Shown: positions 8,708 through 18,049, numbered from the stretch's first letter. The stretch: 64,000 nt of DNA from a virus (IMGVR_UViG_3300030376_006980:22980-86979), one strand, 5' to 3'. Made by a program: numbers and translations. Notes: generated by a model not told the origin, from the letters alone.

Positions 8708-9235
8708 ATGAATAAAGAAATACCTAAAGATTTTTATATTACTTCTGATACATGGTTCGGTAGACCACAAATACTTCAGATAGCCAACAGAAAATTTCAA
8801 AATGTAGAAGAGATGAATTCTACTTTAATTAAGAATTGGAATAAAAAGGTAAAAAAGAATGATGTAGTATTTCATTTAGGAAATTTTGCATGGGATCCTA
8901 CTACTGCTCGTAAAGTATTGAAAAAACTTAATGGAAGAATTTATTTTTTAGAAGGTAATTCGGATAAAGCATTAAAGGAAGTAATTCATGAATTTCCTAA
9001 AGCTGAGTTTTTAAAAGATGCAATAATGGATCTTATAGATTTTGATACTGTTATTTGTCATTATCCTTTATCCGTTTGGAATGGTAAAGATTCAGGCACT
9101 CTTCATATGCATGGCCATACAGTATTCTCTCATAAAACAGATCTCAGTACTGAAAATAGATTTAATGTTTGTACTGATTTTTGGGGATATGCACCTATAA
9201 ATTATTTAACTTTAAAAGACTTCATAAATGGCTAA
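8708..9235 (+). CDS. calcineurin-like metallophosphoesterase with degenerate active site
   Basis: TSDTWFG, HLGNF, EGNSD, CHYP and HGH; canonical motifs are DTHFG, GDF and GNHD. Confidence 0.8.
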   Translation: MNKEIPKDFYITSDTWFGRPQILQIANRKFQNVEEMNSTLIKNWNKKVKKNDVVFHLGNFAWDPTTARKVLKKLNGRIYFLEGNSDKALKEVIHEFPKAEFLKDAIMDLIDFDTVICHYPLSVWNGKDSGTLHMHGHTVFSHKTDLSTENRFNVCTDFWGYAPINYLTLKDFING

Positions 9236-9866
9236 AAGAACAAAGAAAACGTATAAAGAACTTGCATTAGAATTTAAAAAGACAAGGAGTGAAAAAGTAT
9301 ACAATGAACTGTATGCAAAAATGAGACCAGGATTATGGTCATATGTAAATAATATTGTAAAAGATCCACATGTTGCTGATGATATAGTTTCAACAACTTT
9401 AACAACTGTGTATTTAAAAATTGATCAATACAACGAAGATTATCAAATTACCACATGGGCATATCGTATCGCTTATAATGAATGCATAGGTTGGATAAGA
9501 TATAGAAATAGAAAGGTAAGTATGAATGCATTTACTGATAAAGGAATAGATCCTCCAACATTTATGTTACCTAATATTGAGGTTGATAATTCAATGCCAC
9601 CAACTGAAGCAGATCACTGGGAAGCAGAGCATCTTTTAACTGAAAAAGTAAGATTAACTACTGAAGCAATTAAAGCATTGCCTCCAATGTATAAGAGATT
9701 TATGGAAGAAAGGTTTCTAAATAAAAAGTCATATAATGAAATTTTAGACCTAATGAAAAGTCACGAAAAAGGCATTAACTTGCAAACTGTGAAAAACCGC
9801 ATATTTCGTGGAAGAAAAATAGTCAGAAAACAACTAGAAAGTATGAAAGTCTTTTCGGAGGCATAG
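9228..9866 (+). CDS. ECF-type RNA polymerase sigma factor
   Basis: Region 2 (ADDIVSTTLTTVYLKIDQY...ITTWAYRIAYN) and region 4 (IKALPPMYKRFM...SYNEI...TVKNRIFRGRK). Confidence 0.9.
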   Translation: MAKRTKKTYKELALEFKKTRSEKVYNELYAKMRPGLWSYVNNIVKDPHVADDIVSTTLTTVYLKIDQYNEDYQITTWAYRIAYNECIGWIRYRNRKVSMNAFTDKGIDPPTFMLPNIEVDNSMPPTEADHWEAEHLLTEKVRLTTEAIKALPPMYKRFMEERFLNKKSYNEILDLMKSHEKGINLQTVKNRIFRGRKIVRKQLESMKVFSEA

Positions 9867-9889
9867 ATACATAAAAAACAGATAATACT

Positions 9890-10342
9890 ATGTACATCTT
9901 TGATTTATATAATGAAATAAAAATTTGGCTTAAGATTAGATCTATCGCCAAAAAAGCAGAAAAGCAATTAATCGAAAAAGGGTTTAGGGTTGACTGGGTA
10001 GGAAGAATCTATACAGTTATCAATTTACCAGAAGAAGTTGTATCAGCTCCGATATCCCAAGAAGGTTATGTGTTAATGCAATTAAGGAAACATGATAAAT
10101 TTTTACTAGAGTTAGGAATTGCAGATTATGTTTCACCAGAATTTAATCCTATTCCTGATACGGATTCATTTCTTTTAGTGTTATCTCCTGATAGAGAATT
10201 TCTAAAACTATGGCCATTCGCAAAATCAGCTATTAAGACTTTAGGACTAATCCTTATATTAAGATTAGCTTATGTAGCTTTTGAATTTCATGGTGGAAAA
10301 ATATCTGAGTTATGGAACAAGATAATCAACATAATATTTTAA
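9890..10342 (+). CDS. hypothetical protein with C-terminal TM helix
   Basis: 150 aa ORF; GFRVDWVGRIYTVINLPEE; hydrophobic C-terminus. Confidence 0.7.
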   Translation: MYIFDLYNEIKIWLKIRSIAKKAEKQLIEKGFRVDWVGRIYTVINLPEEVVSAPISQEGYVLMQLRKHDKFLLELGIADYVSPEFNPIPDTDSFLLVLSPDREFLKLWPFAKSAIKTLGLILILRLAYVAFEFHGGKISELWNKIINIIF

Positions 10343-10542
10343 ATAACATAAATCACATTGAAAATAAATTAAAAGAATTAGAAAAAGAAAAACAAATCAT
10401 TCAAGATAATTGTAAACATAAAGAGTGGACAATTAATTTTGATGAACAAAGATCAATTAAAAGGTATTGCTCAGAATGCAAGAGGGAGTTAGGTTATGCG
10501 ACAAAAGAAGAAGAGCAAAACTTTTTAAAGCCGAAAGGCTAA
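10312..10542 (+). CDS. hypothetical Zn-binding protein
   Basis: CKH...CSEC motif. Confidence 0.6.
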   Translation: MEQDNQHNILNNINHIENKLKELEKEKQIIQDNCKHKEWTINFDEQRSIKRYCSECKRELGYATKEEEQNFLKPKG

Positions 10543-10625
10543 CAAAATACATAGGAAAAGGTTTTCTATGTTAGGGGAAATAGTTCCCCGCTTAATTAAA
10601 TTAATAACAAAAAAAAATTTTAAAA

Positions 10626-11051
10626 ATGAAAAAATTAATTTTAAGTTTGATGTTAGTAGTTGGAATTACACTTTCAACTTCTGCGCAAAATGCAAAAGGA
10701 GATTGGTACGTAGGTACAGGTGACATCGCTGATGTTGCATGGACTGAGTGGTCAGTTTCGCCAACTTTAGGTTACGGAGTTTCCGATAAGTTTATGGTTG
10801 GTTTATCTTTGGCACAAGCTGATTCGTCTGAGGACTTATCAATGGATTTACATGCTAGATACTTTGTAAATGCAGGTGGACAAGACTTTTTCTTGTATGC
10901 TGCAATGGGCGACATGGAAACTGATAACCTTTCATTAGGTTTAGGTAAAATGTTTACTATACACAAAAGTGTTTTTGTAGAGCCAAAGGTTGTTTATCAC
11001 ACGGGTGAAAAAACAACAAACATGATGTTAGGTTTCGGATTGAAATTTTAA
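10626..11051 (+). CDS. secreted outer-membrane beta-barrel protein
   Basis: Signal peptide ending TSAQ, alternating hydrophobic strands, C-terminal GFGLKF (BAM signal Phe). Confidence 0.8.
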   Translation: MKKLILSLMLVVGITLSTSAQNAKGDWYVGTGDIADVAWTEWSVSPTLGYGVSDKFMVGLSLAQADSSEDLSMDLHARYFVNAGGQDFFLYAAMGDMETDNLSLGLGKMFTIHKSVFVEPKVVYHTGEKTTNMMLGFGLKF

Positions 11052-11126
11052 TAACATAAAAACCAAAAGTATAAGGAGACCAGGTCATTAGATCTGGTTT
11101 CCTTTAATTTAAAAAAAATCAAAATT

Positions 11127-11351
11127 ATGAAAGATATATTTTCAAAAATAGGTGACTTCTTAGGAGGTCTTACAACAATTTTGTTATCATTCGTTTCTTT
11201 AAGTATCTTAGCTGAAGTTATTTTCGGTTTAGGTATCTTCGGAACTTCTGTAGTAACAAATGTTATGGAGATTGTTAAAGTATTAGGTGACGGTGGTTTC
11301 ATCGGCTTAGTTGCTTTATTAATCCTTTGGTCAGTATTTGATAAAAAATAA
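11127..11351 (+). CDS. small multi-TM membrane protein
   Basis: 74 aa, largely hydrophobic. Confidence 0.75.
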   Translation: MKDIFSKIGDFLGGLTTILLSFVSLSILAEVIFGLGIFGTSVVTNVMEIVKVLGDGGFIGLVALLILWSVFDKK

Positions 11352-11371
11352 TACTTAAACTAATTCATATT

Positions 11372-11403
11372 AAACCAGTAGCAGAAATGTTACTGGTTTT
11401 TTT
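11372..11403 (+). terminator. rho-independent terminator
   Basis: AAACCAGTAGCA-GAAA-TGTTACTGGTTT followed by a T-run. Confidence 0.9.
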
Positions 11404-11450
11404 GTCTTAAACTTTCTTAATTATTTCCATATAAAAATAAACAATCTTTA

Positions 11451-11594
11451 ATGAGTAATTTAGAACAACAAAACGGTAATCCTCATACCAATGAAACTAG
11501 GAATCAATTTAATAGAAAAGTTGATAGATTAGAATATATGGGTAAAACTAAAAAGAATCAGTGGGATGGGAAAAGAAGAAACAGGTCAATATAA
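11451..11594 (+). CDS. small basic hypothetical protein (47 aa, not in ORF track)
   Basis: MSNLEQQNGNPHTNETRNQFNRKV...; follows the class II motif at 11409-11441. Confidence 0.55.
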   Translation: MSNLEQQNGNPHTNETRNQFNRKVDRLEYMGKTKKNQWDGKRRNRSI

Positions 11595-11604
11595 AATAAA
11601 CACA

Positions 11605-11832
11605 ATGAAAAGAATAGAAAAAGTAATGAATTTTTGGGGTATCTATTATCCTATCATTTTAGCATTTATATCTTTCTTATTTTCAGTATCCCTCTGGTTT
11701 ACAGGAAATCAGTTAGAAGGAATCTTTGTAGGTATTTGGGTACCTTCAATATTATCTGCATCTGTAGCAATCAGACAGAGAAGAAGTATAGTATTTAAAC
11801 CAACCACTAAAAAGAAGAAACGTGCAAAGTAG
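11605..11832 (+). CDS. small membrane protein (start corrected)
   Basis: Two TM segments; LWFTGNQLEGIFVGIWVPSIL. Confidence 0.65.
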   Translation: MKRIEKVMNFWGIYYPIILAFISFLFSVSLWFTGNQLEGIFVGIWVPSILSASVAIRQRRSIVFKPTTKKKKRAK

Positions 11833-12064
11833 TATATTCCTCGCAGCAAAACCTTTGACAGTCGGTATGTTTGTCGTAGGTTTGATTATCTTTATACTTT
11901 ACATGGTAGGTTACTTATACATGGTAACAACTGCTCATAAACAACAAAGGAGAGAATTAGAAGGCGATCCTGAATATAGAAAATACCAAGATCGTCTTAA
12001 AGAAAACTCTGATAGCGTTGATTATGATGGTGGAGGTAATTGGGGTAGATTTGATAATAAGTAA
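11822..12064 (+). CDS. small membrane protein
   Basis: One TM helix; C-terminal DYDGGGNWGRF. Confidence 0.65.
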   Translation: MQSSIFLAAKPLTVGMFVVGLIIFILYMVGYLYMVTTAHKQQRRELEGDPEYRKYQDRLKENSDSVDYDGGGNWGRFDNK

Positions 12065-12067
12065 TAA

Positions 12068-12805
12068 ATGGCTACAAAAGAATCATTAGCAACAACCGAA
12101 ACAATAAACGGAAAGAGGTACTATAATATTGGAGAAGGTATAAAGTATCCATCAGTTACAACTATCTTAGGAGCAATGACTGATAAATCAGGAATTGATA
12201 AATGGAGAAAAAGAGTAGGTGAAGAAAAGGCAGATGCTATATCAAAGTTTTCAGCTAATAGAGGAACTGTTATGCATCAGCTTTGTGAATACTTTTTAGG
12301 TTCTGATAAAGAAACTCAAAGAGATAGATTAATGGATGCTCAAATAAAGATAGGTCCTTTTGTAGAAGAAAATGGTTTTACAGAAGAAGAAACTACTGTA
12401 GGTAGAAAACTTTTCTTTAATTTTTACAATTCTAAATGTTTTGATCGTATTAACAATGTAGTGTCCATAGAAGATACCCTTTTCTCACCTCTAATGGGAG
12501 GGTATGCTGGTAGGGTAGATATTATATATGAAAATGAAAAAGGGCATCTAGTGATCTTAGATTTTAAATCATCTAAAAAACCTAAAAAGGAAGATTGGAT
12601 AGAAAATTATAAAATGCAAATTGCTGCATATTCATTAGCTTATTGGGAAATGAATAAAAGAAAACCTAAAGGTGGTGAAATATGGATAAGTAATGAAGCT
12701 GATGGTTTTCCACAAGTATTTGAAATGACCTTTGATGATATTACTAAATATGGAAAAATGTTTTTAAACCTAGTAAAGGAATTTCATAATAAGTATCCTC
12801 TTTGA
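12068..12805 (+). CDS. Cas4-like PD-(D/E)XK exonuclease
   Basis: YPSVTTIL, RGTVMH, YAGRVD, ILDFKSS and QIAAY motifs; no Fe-S cysteines. Confidence 0.85.
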   Translation: MATKESLATTETINGKRYYNIGEGIKYPSVTTILGAMTDKSGIDKWRKRVGEEKADAISKFSANRGTVMHQLCEYFLGSDKETQRDRLMDAQIKIGPFVEENGFTEEETTVGRKLFFNFYNSKCFDRINNVVSIEDTLFSPLMGGYAGRVDIIYENEKGHLVILDFKSSKKPKKEDWIENYKMQIAAYSLAYWEMNKRKPKGGEIWISNEADGFPQVFEMTFDDITKYGKMFLNLVKEFHNKYPL

Positions 12806-12832
12806 TTGAATATATAAAAAAAATCAAATTCA

Positions 12833-13129
12833 ATGTTTATTAAAAACTACAGTGAATTCCTTTTAGAAGTTAGAGATAAAAAACCTAAAGTAGCAGGAGA
12901 AAAGACTGAAAAAGATCATAAGGATGGAAATCACAAAGGAGTTGACAAAGAATTAGAGAAAAAAGTAAACGATGAACTGGAAGCCGTTGAAGAAGAATGT
13001 GTCCGATGCGGAGAGCATATCGAGTCTTGTAAATGTGAGGAGGAGGACCCATGGTCAACTCAAAATTATCACAGAGTTCCAAAAGGAAAAGAACAGACAG
13101 CAAAACCAAAACAAGAATTTAAAAAGTAA
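12833..13129 (+). CDS. small protein with capsid-targeting-like N-terminus and Cys cluster
   Basis: MFIKNYSEFLLE; CVRC...CKC. Confidence 0.7.
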   Translation: MFIKNYSEFLLEVRDKKPKVAGEKTEKDHKDGNHKGVDKELEKKVNDELEAVEEECVRCGEHIESCKCEEEDPWSTQNYHRVPKGKEQTAKPKQEFKK

Positions 13130-13133
13130 TAAA

Positions 13134-13421
13134 ATGAATAAATTTGACCAATTTTTTGCAAAACATGGAATTAAAATAATAATAGTATTATTGTTATTAA
13201 CTTATTTTAAATCATGTAGTGTTGATTCTGAAGTAGAAAGAATCAAAAAAGAACAAAGAACATTAACTAATGAGATTGATACATTATCTTCTCAAATAGT
13301 AAATGAGGAGGAAATGATTTTCTTAATTAAAACAGTTCCTGCTTGGAAAACTCTAAGAATTGAAGAAATTTCTGATAAAGAAAGAATTTCTATTAATGCC
13401 TTAGAAGAAAAAGAAGATTAA
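13134..13421 (+). CDS. membrane-anchored coiled-coil protein (start corrected to 13134)
   Basis: MNKFDQFFAKHG, a TM segment ending in Cys, then a coiled coil. Confidence 0.65.
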   Translation: MNKFDQFFAKHGIKIIIVLLLLTYFKSCSVDSEVERIKKEQRTLTNEIDTLSSQIVNEEEMIFLIKTVPAWKTLRIEEISDKERISINALEEKED

Positions 13422-13423
13422 AT

Positions 13424-13942
13424 GTGGCTAATACACCAATAATACCTGGAGTACCTACACCTATTAGTGGAGATCCTAAATGTGCATTAACTTTATGTGG
13501 TAAAATTATTGCACAAGTTGATTGTATTATTGTAATTATGCAAGGTACAAATGGCTGTATTGATTTACAGTTTTTTGGTAAAGATGGAAAACCTTTAGAT
13601 TTAACAAGATTTACATCTATTCAAATAATGTTGTATAATGAATTTGATTGTACCATTGCTAATTTTTGGTGGCCTGATATTCCTACGGGATGTAAAGGTT
13701 TACTAATGACTATTTTACAATATACAGATGCAAAAGGTATAATTCATAACAAAGGTAAAGTTAGAATATGTTTAGACCCAGCTTGTACAAAAACTAGTCC
13801 AAGTGCAATCTTTGCAGAAATCTTATTAACTGAACTAACAACCGCAGGTACTGCTGAAACTTCAGGAATACCATGTTTGCAAGTAGCAAAAATAATTCCA
13901 TCTAGAATTTATGAAAATGGATGTGATGACGGTTGTAGTTAA
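13424..13942 (+). CDS. hypothetical Cys-rich beta protein, possibly structural
   Basis: 172 aa, GTG start; IMQGT...DGKPLDLT resembles baseplate upper-protein N-termini. Confidence 0.6.
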   Translation: MANTPIIPGVPTPISGDPKCALTLCGKIIAQVDCIIVIMQGTNGCIDLQFFGKDGKPLDLTRFTSIQIMLYNEFDCTIANFWWPDIPTGCKGLLMTILQYTDAKGIIHNKGKVRICLDPACTKTSPSAIFAEILLTELTTAGTAETSGIPCLQVAKIIPSRIYENGCDDGCS

Positions 13943-13954
13943 AAAATATTAAAT

Positions 13955-14794
13955 ATGGAAAAGAATAAAATAGTACATTTAGGTATCATTGGAATATTTT
14001 TAAGTTTATACTTTTTAGTAGCAACAATTTCAATGATTAATTCTGTAGCATTTTTTGATTTAGCCCACGACGGTTTAATGAACTGGGCATTGGCTATAGG
14101 ATTTGAATTAGGTGCAGCTGCTTCTTTAGCTGCTATCATTATTTTAGATAAAACTAATAGAACAATGGTTTGGGGTTTGTTTATCCTCTTAACATGTTTT
14201 CAAATGATGGCTAATTCATTTCATGCTTTTATAAATTTAGAAGATTATATGGGATGGATTGAATTATTTGGTTTAGAGGAAGAAGAACCTATATTCCAAA
14301 AAAGAGTTTTATCAATTGTAAGTGGTGCTATACTTCCTATTGTTGCATTAGGTTTTATTAAATCTTTAGTTGATTATATTAGACCAGAACAACCAGAAGA
14401 TCCTAATCCTAAATATAGCCCACAACCTATAATGCCTCAACCTATAGTAGAGAAAACTGTAGAAGTTGAAACACCTGTAGCTGGATCGGCAGAACCAGTT
14501 ATAGAAGAAGAAATAATCCCTGAGACTAGCGAGAAAGTACAGGAAGAAGATTTATATTCTCGTGATGCCGAAAAGGCAAAACCCCCTGTTGAAATTGGAG
14601 AAGTACACATAGCACCTGAGACGGTGAAGACCGAGAATGCGGTTGCTGATGTTGTAGAAAAGCCAGTTCCTACGGAGCATATTACACCAGTTGGAGATCC
14701 TATAGTAATTCCAACGCCGAAAACTCAATCAGATAAACCTAAGAAGGCACCATTGACTACTAGACCGTTTATCAGAGGTGAGTCAAAACCATAA
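13955..14794 (+). CDS. multi-TM membrane protein with Pro/Glu-rich tail
   Basis: Four hydrophobic segments followed by an acidic, proline-rich C-terminus. Confidence 0.75.
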   Translation: MEKNKIVHLGIIGIFLSLYFLVATISMINSVAFFDLAHDGLMNWALAIGFELGAAASLAAIIILDKTNRTMVWGLFILLTCFQMMANSFHAFINLEDYMGWIELFGLEEEEPIFQKRVLSIVSGAILPIVALGFIKSLVDYIRPEQPEDPNPKYSPQPIMPQPIVEKTVEVETPVAGSAEPVIEEEIIPETSEKVQEEDLYSRDAEKAKPPVEIGEVHIAPETVKTENAVADVVEKPVPTEHITPVGDPIVIPTPKTQSDKPKKAPLTTRPFIRGESKP

Positions 14795-14848
14795 TCCTTT
14801 GAGATTAGATTTTATTATTTCGGAGGATTTTAAAAATAAAACTTTAAT

Positions 14849-15550
14849 ATGCCCGCACGTACATACGATGACGAAGTCTTTCGCGAAAAGAGAAAAGTCA
14901 AAAATCCGATAACATTTAAATTAAAACTTAATGAAGAGCAAAAGCTTGCTAAAGATGTTATTTTATCAAATACAATAACCTTATTAGCAGGTAAAGCCGG
15001 TTCTGGAAAAACCTTATTAGCATGCCAAGTTGCATTAGATGGTTTATTTAGAAGGCATTATGAAAAGATCATAATTACAAGACCTACTGTATCTAAAGAA
15101 GATATTGGTTTCTTGCCAGGTGATCTTCATCAAAAAATGGATCCATGGGTCCAGCCAATTTATCAAAATATGTACAGCTTATACGGAAAAGATAGGGTTC
15201 AACCTTATATTGAAAGTGGACAAATAGAAATTGTACCTGTTTCATTTATGAGAGGTAGAACATTTGTAGATAGCTGTGTAATAGTAGATGAAGCACAGAA
15301 TGTAACAAATGAACAAATGGAAATGATTGTTACTCGTATCGGTTTAAGATCTAAGATGATCATATGCGGAGACGACGGGCAAGTAGATTTAAAAGGAAGA
15401 TCTCATTCAGGTTTTAGATTTTTATATAATCAATCTTCTAAAATAAAAAAGCTAGCTTCAATTACATTATGGGAAAATCATAGAGACCCTATTGTAGATG
15501 ATTTGTTAGAAATTTATGAAAATGAGAAATACAAAAGATCTGCAAAATAA
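14849..15550 (+). CDS. phoH: PhoH-family ATPase
   Basis: GKAGSGKT, IGFLPGDL, FMRGRTF, DEAQN, GDDGQVDL. Confidence 0.95.
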   Translation: MPARTYDDEVFREKRKVKNPITFKLKLNEEQKLAKDVILSNTITLLAGKAGSGKTLLACQVALDGLFRRHYEKIIITRPTVSKEDIGFLPGDLHQKMDPWVQPIYQNMYSLYGKDRVQPYIESGQIEIVPVSFMRGRTFVDSCVIVDEAQNVTNEQMEMIVTRIGLRSKMIICGDDGQVDLKGRSHSGFRFLYNQSSKIKKLASITLWENHRDPIVDDLLEIYENEKYKRSAK

Positions 15551-15570
15551 ATATAGAAAACGATAACATT

Positions 15571-15834
15571 ATGATACCAGCAAAAGGAAAAGTATTAGTA
15601 GATTTTTGGGCACAATGGTGTGGACCATGTAAAGCAATGAAGCCTACATTAAATAAGTATAAAGAATCATCTAAAGTTCCTTTAGTGGAAATTAATGTTG
15701 ATGAAGAAAATGAAATAGCACAAAAGTATGGGGTACGAAGTATCCCGTGCTTTATTGTTATAGAAGATGGAAAAGAAATAGCCAGAAAAATAGGCATGCA
15801 AAGCGTGGATCAATTAACTGAGCTTGTAAAATAA
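15571..15834 (+). CDS. trxA: thioredoxin
   Basis: DFWAQWCGPCK, YGVRSIP. Confidence 0.95.
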   Translation: MIPAKGKVLVDFWAQWCGPCKAMKPTLNKYKESSKVPLVEINVDEENEIAQKYGVRSIPCFIVIEDGKEIARKIGMQSVDQLTELVK

Positions 15835-15843
15835 AGTATAAAA

Positions 15844-16740
15844 ATGATATTAAAGAAAGGATCATACGGAAAATTAGTTAAAATATTACAAGAATATCTT
15901 GGAATAGAAGCTGATGGGCATTTTGGTCCAGCTACTAAAGATGAAGTAATGTTATGGCAAGAAAAACATAATCTAAAACCTGATGGTATAGTTGGTCCTA
16001 TGACATGGGATAAAATGGGTTTATGCACAACTGATATTGAGGAAGCTTCTAATTCATTCGATAAAAAAACATATGAAACATTAAATGGATTACATGTACA
16101 TGTACATATGTTACCTAAAGATGAATATATGAAATATAGTAAACCTGAATGGGTTTTTTTACACCATACAGCTGGTTGGCATAATCCTTTTAGAACCGTG
16201 GATCATTGGGCTAATGATGACAGAGGAAAGGTTGCAACTGAATTTGTATTAGGTGGACCATCTATAAAAGGTAATGATGATAAATATGATGGTGTTTTAG
16301 TTCAATGTACACCGCAAGGTGGTTGGGGTTGGCACTTAGGAACAGGAAGAAGCAATATGCACCAACACTCTGTAGGAATTGAAGTAAATAATTTTGGGTG
16401 GATTAAAAATGGTAGAACCTATGCAGGTACCATTGCAGCTGAATCTCAAATTGTTACATTGGATAAACCTTTTAGAGGGCATACGACATGGCATAGATAT
16501 TCTAATAGGCAAATAGAAGTATTAAAGGATTGGCTTTACTTTATAGGTGAAAGAGATAGTATTGATATTAGAGAAGGTTTACCAAAATTAGTAAAATCAA
16601 TTGGAGCTGATGCTTTTGAATATATTCCAGATGTTAGGGCTGGTAAATTAAAAGGTGTATGGACACATACTAATGTTCGTCAAGATAAAGTAGATATGTT
16701 TCCTCAGCAAGAATTAATGGATATGTTAGTATCTTTATAA
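15844..16740 (+). CDS. endolysin: peptidoglycan-binding domain + N-acetylmuramoyl-L-alanine amidase
   Basis: DGHFGPAT and DGIVGPMTW (PG_binding_1); LHHTAG, SVGIEV and HTNVRQDKVD (Amidase_2). Confidence 0.9.
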   Translation: MILKKGSYGKLVKILQEYLGIEADGHFGPATKDEVMLWQEKHNLKPDGIVGPMTWDKMGLCTTDIEEASNSFDKKTYETLNGLHVHVHMLPKDEYMKYSKPEWVFLHHTAGWHNPFRTVDHWANDDRGKVATEFVLGGPSIKGNDDKYDGVLVQCTPQGGWGWHLGTGRSNMHQHSVGIEVNNFGWIKNGRTYAGTIAAESQIVTLDKPFRGHTTWHRYSNRQIEVLKDWLYFIGERDSIDIREGLPKLVKSIGADAFEYIPDVRAGKLKGVWTHTNVRQDKVDMFPQQELMDMLVSL

Positions 16741-16760
16741 AAATAAAAAAGACGGAAATT

Positions 16761-16952
16761 ATGAAAAAGAAAATTACAGCTTTATTGTTTTCCGCATTAC
16801 TTTTAACAAGTAGTTGTGGATCGACAAAACCAGCTGCTGATGAATGTTGCAAACAAAAAACAGAAGTTAGAAGTAATGATAAAGATCCTGTAATGAATTT
16901 ATTGGCATCGGCATTAATAATATTTGCAATTCAGATACTTGTGACTAAATAA
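16761..16952 (+). CDS. small lipoprotein with C-terminal TM helix (spanin-like candidate)
   Basis: Lipobox LTSSC and C-terminal LLASALIIFAIQILV. Confidence 0.6.
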   Translation: MKKKITALLFSALLLTSSCGSTKPAADECCKQKTEVRSNDKDPVMNLLASALIIFAIQILVTK

Positions 16953-16966
16953 AATAAACGGAAATT

Positions 16967-17191
16967 ATGTGGAACATTTTTAAAGATGATAACAACTGGA
17001 ATGAAAAGGCGATAGTTGGTTTTATTGCCTTTTTAGTAATGTGTCTTATTATGATAGCTGACTTGGTAACAGGTTGGTTTGGAAAGGACTTAGTGATTAA
17101 TGAGTTTGTTTATGATTCATTTACATTAGTAGTTCTTGGCTGCTTTGGTATAGCAGGATTAGAAAAATTTGCAGGAAAGAAAAAAGAATGA
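16967..17191 (+). CDS. two-TM membrane protein, holin candidate
   Basis: Two TM helices and a basic C-terminus; adjacent to the endolysin. Confidence 0.6.
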   Translation: MWNIFKDDNNWNEKAIVGFIAFLVMCLIMIADLVTGWFGKDLVINEFVYDSFTLVVLGCFGIAGLEKFAGKKKE

Positions 17192-17556
17192 TACATTTTC
17201 TAACTTACAAAGATTTTTTAGTTGAAGCTGATAAAAGAATAGCTCGTAAAGAAGGACAGCCAGCAGGATCTGATAAACATTCTGATTTATATACAGATGA
17301 AGATCCTAAAGGCACAATTCATGGTTTAGGTTTTAAAGATGCTGAAACGGCAAATAAAAGTATTGATATAATTAAAAAGGCAAAAAGAACTCATGCTCAT
17401 AAAGTACAAGCAACACTTGTAATGCAGCAAAGAGGAAAGGTTGCTATTGAAAGGACTAAAGATCCTGAAAAGAAAAAGAATCTCAAAGCTGCTAATAAAA
17501 TATGGACTGCATTTTTAGAAGAAATGAAAAAGAAAACAAAAGAAAGAAATGGATAA
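17188..17556 (+). CDS. conserved viral hypothetical protein with capsid-targeting-like N-terminus
   Basis: MIHFLTYKDFLVE; HSDLYTDEDPKGTIHGLGFKD. Confidence 0.7.
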   Translation: MIHFLTYKDFLVEADKRIARKEGQPAGSDKHSDLYTDEDPKGTIHGLGFKDAETANKSIDIIKKAKRTHAHKVQATLVMQQRGKVAIERTKDPEKKKNLKAANKIWTAFLEEMKKKTKERNG

Positions 17557-17932
17557 GTATATTTATAGAGGCAAATTAGAAAGGGTTGTAGATGGAGATA
17601 CTATTGATGCTCTTATTGATGTAGGTTTTGATATTTGGGTAAAAAAGAGAATCAGGTTTGTTGGAATGGATGCGTGGGAAAGTAGAACCAGAAACTTAGA
17701 AGTAAAGAAAAAAGGATTAGCAGCTAAGGAGAGATTAAAGGTCTTATTAAATGAAGTCAGTAGTAAACCAGGATTCTTTAGGATCAAGTCTGAGGGTGTA
17801 GGTAAATATGGTAGAGTATTAGGTCAGATTTATATAATGGATGTAGAAGGAAAGCAATGGGATATAAACCAAACACTAATTACAGAAGGTCATGGATATG
17901 AATATCATGGAGGTAAAAAACGGACATCCTGA
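17549..17932 (+). CDS. thermonuclease (SNase-like)
   Basis: RVVDGDTID, RIRFVGMDAWE, GKYGRVLG. Confidence 0.9.
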   Translation: MDKYIYRGKLERVVDGDTIDALIDVGFDIWVKKRIRFVGMDAWESRTRNLEVKKKGLAAKERLKVLLNEVSSKPGFFRIKSEGVGKYGRVLGQIYIMDVEGKQWDINQTLITEGHGYEYHGGKKRTS

Positions 17933-17952
17933 CATAGAGAATAGGAAAAAGT

Positions 17953-17993
17953 GGACATTGTGTCAGAAATATCACTCTGGCACGGTTTTTTCA
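17953..17993 (+). promoter_or_regulatory. sigma54-like promoter with upstream inverted repeat before hsp20
   Basis: GGACA-TTG-TGTCAG at 17953-17966, then TGGCAC-N5-TTTCA at 17978-17993 (the -12 box is imperfect). Confidence 0.4.
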
Positions 17994-18049
17994 GTATATT
18001 AATTAAAATAAGGAACTAATCCTTGTTTAAAACTAAAAAAAGAAAAACA

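Noticed and set aside
8680-8715. 11-aa uORF (MKQYTVNQLYE) overlapping the phosphoesterase start
   Set aside because: Too short to distinguish from chance in AT-rich DNA.
12068-12805. CRISPR-Cas system suggested by the Cas4-like nuclease
   Set aside because: No repeat-spacer array or other cas genes in the window. Stand-alone Cas4-like exonucleases are common in T4-like phages.
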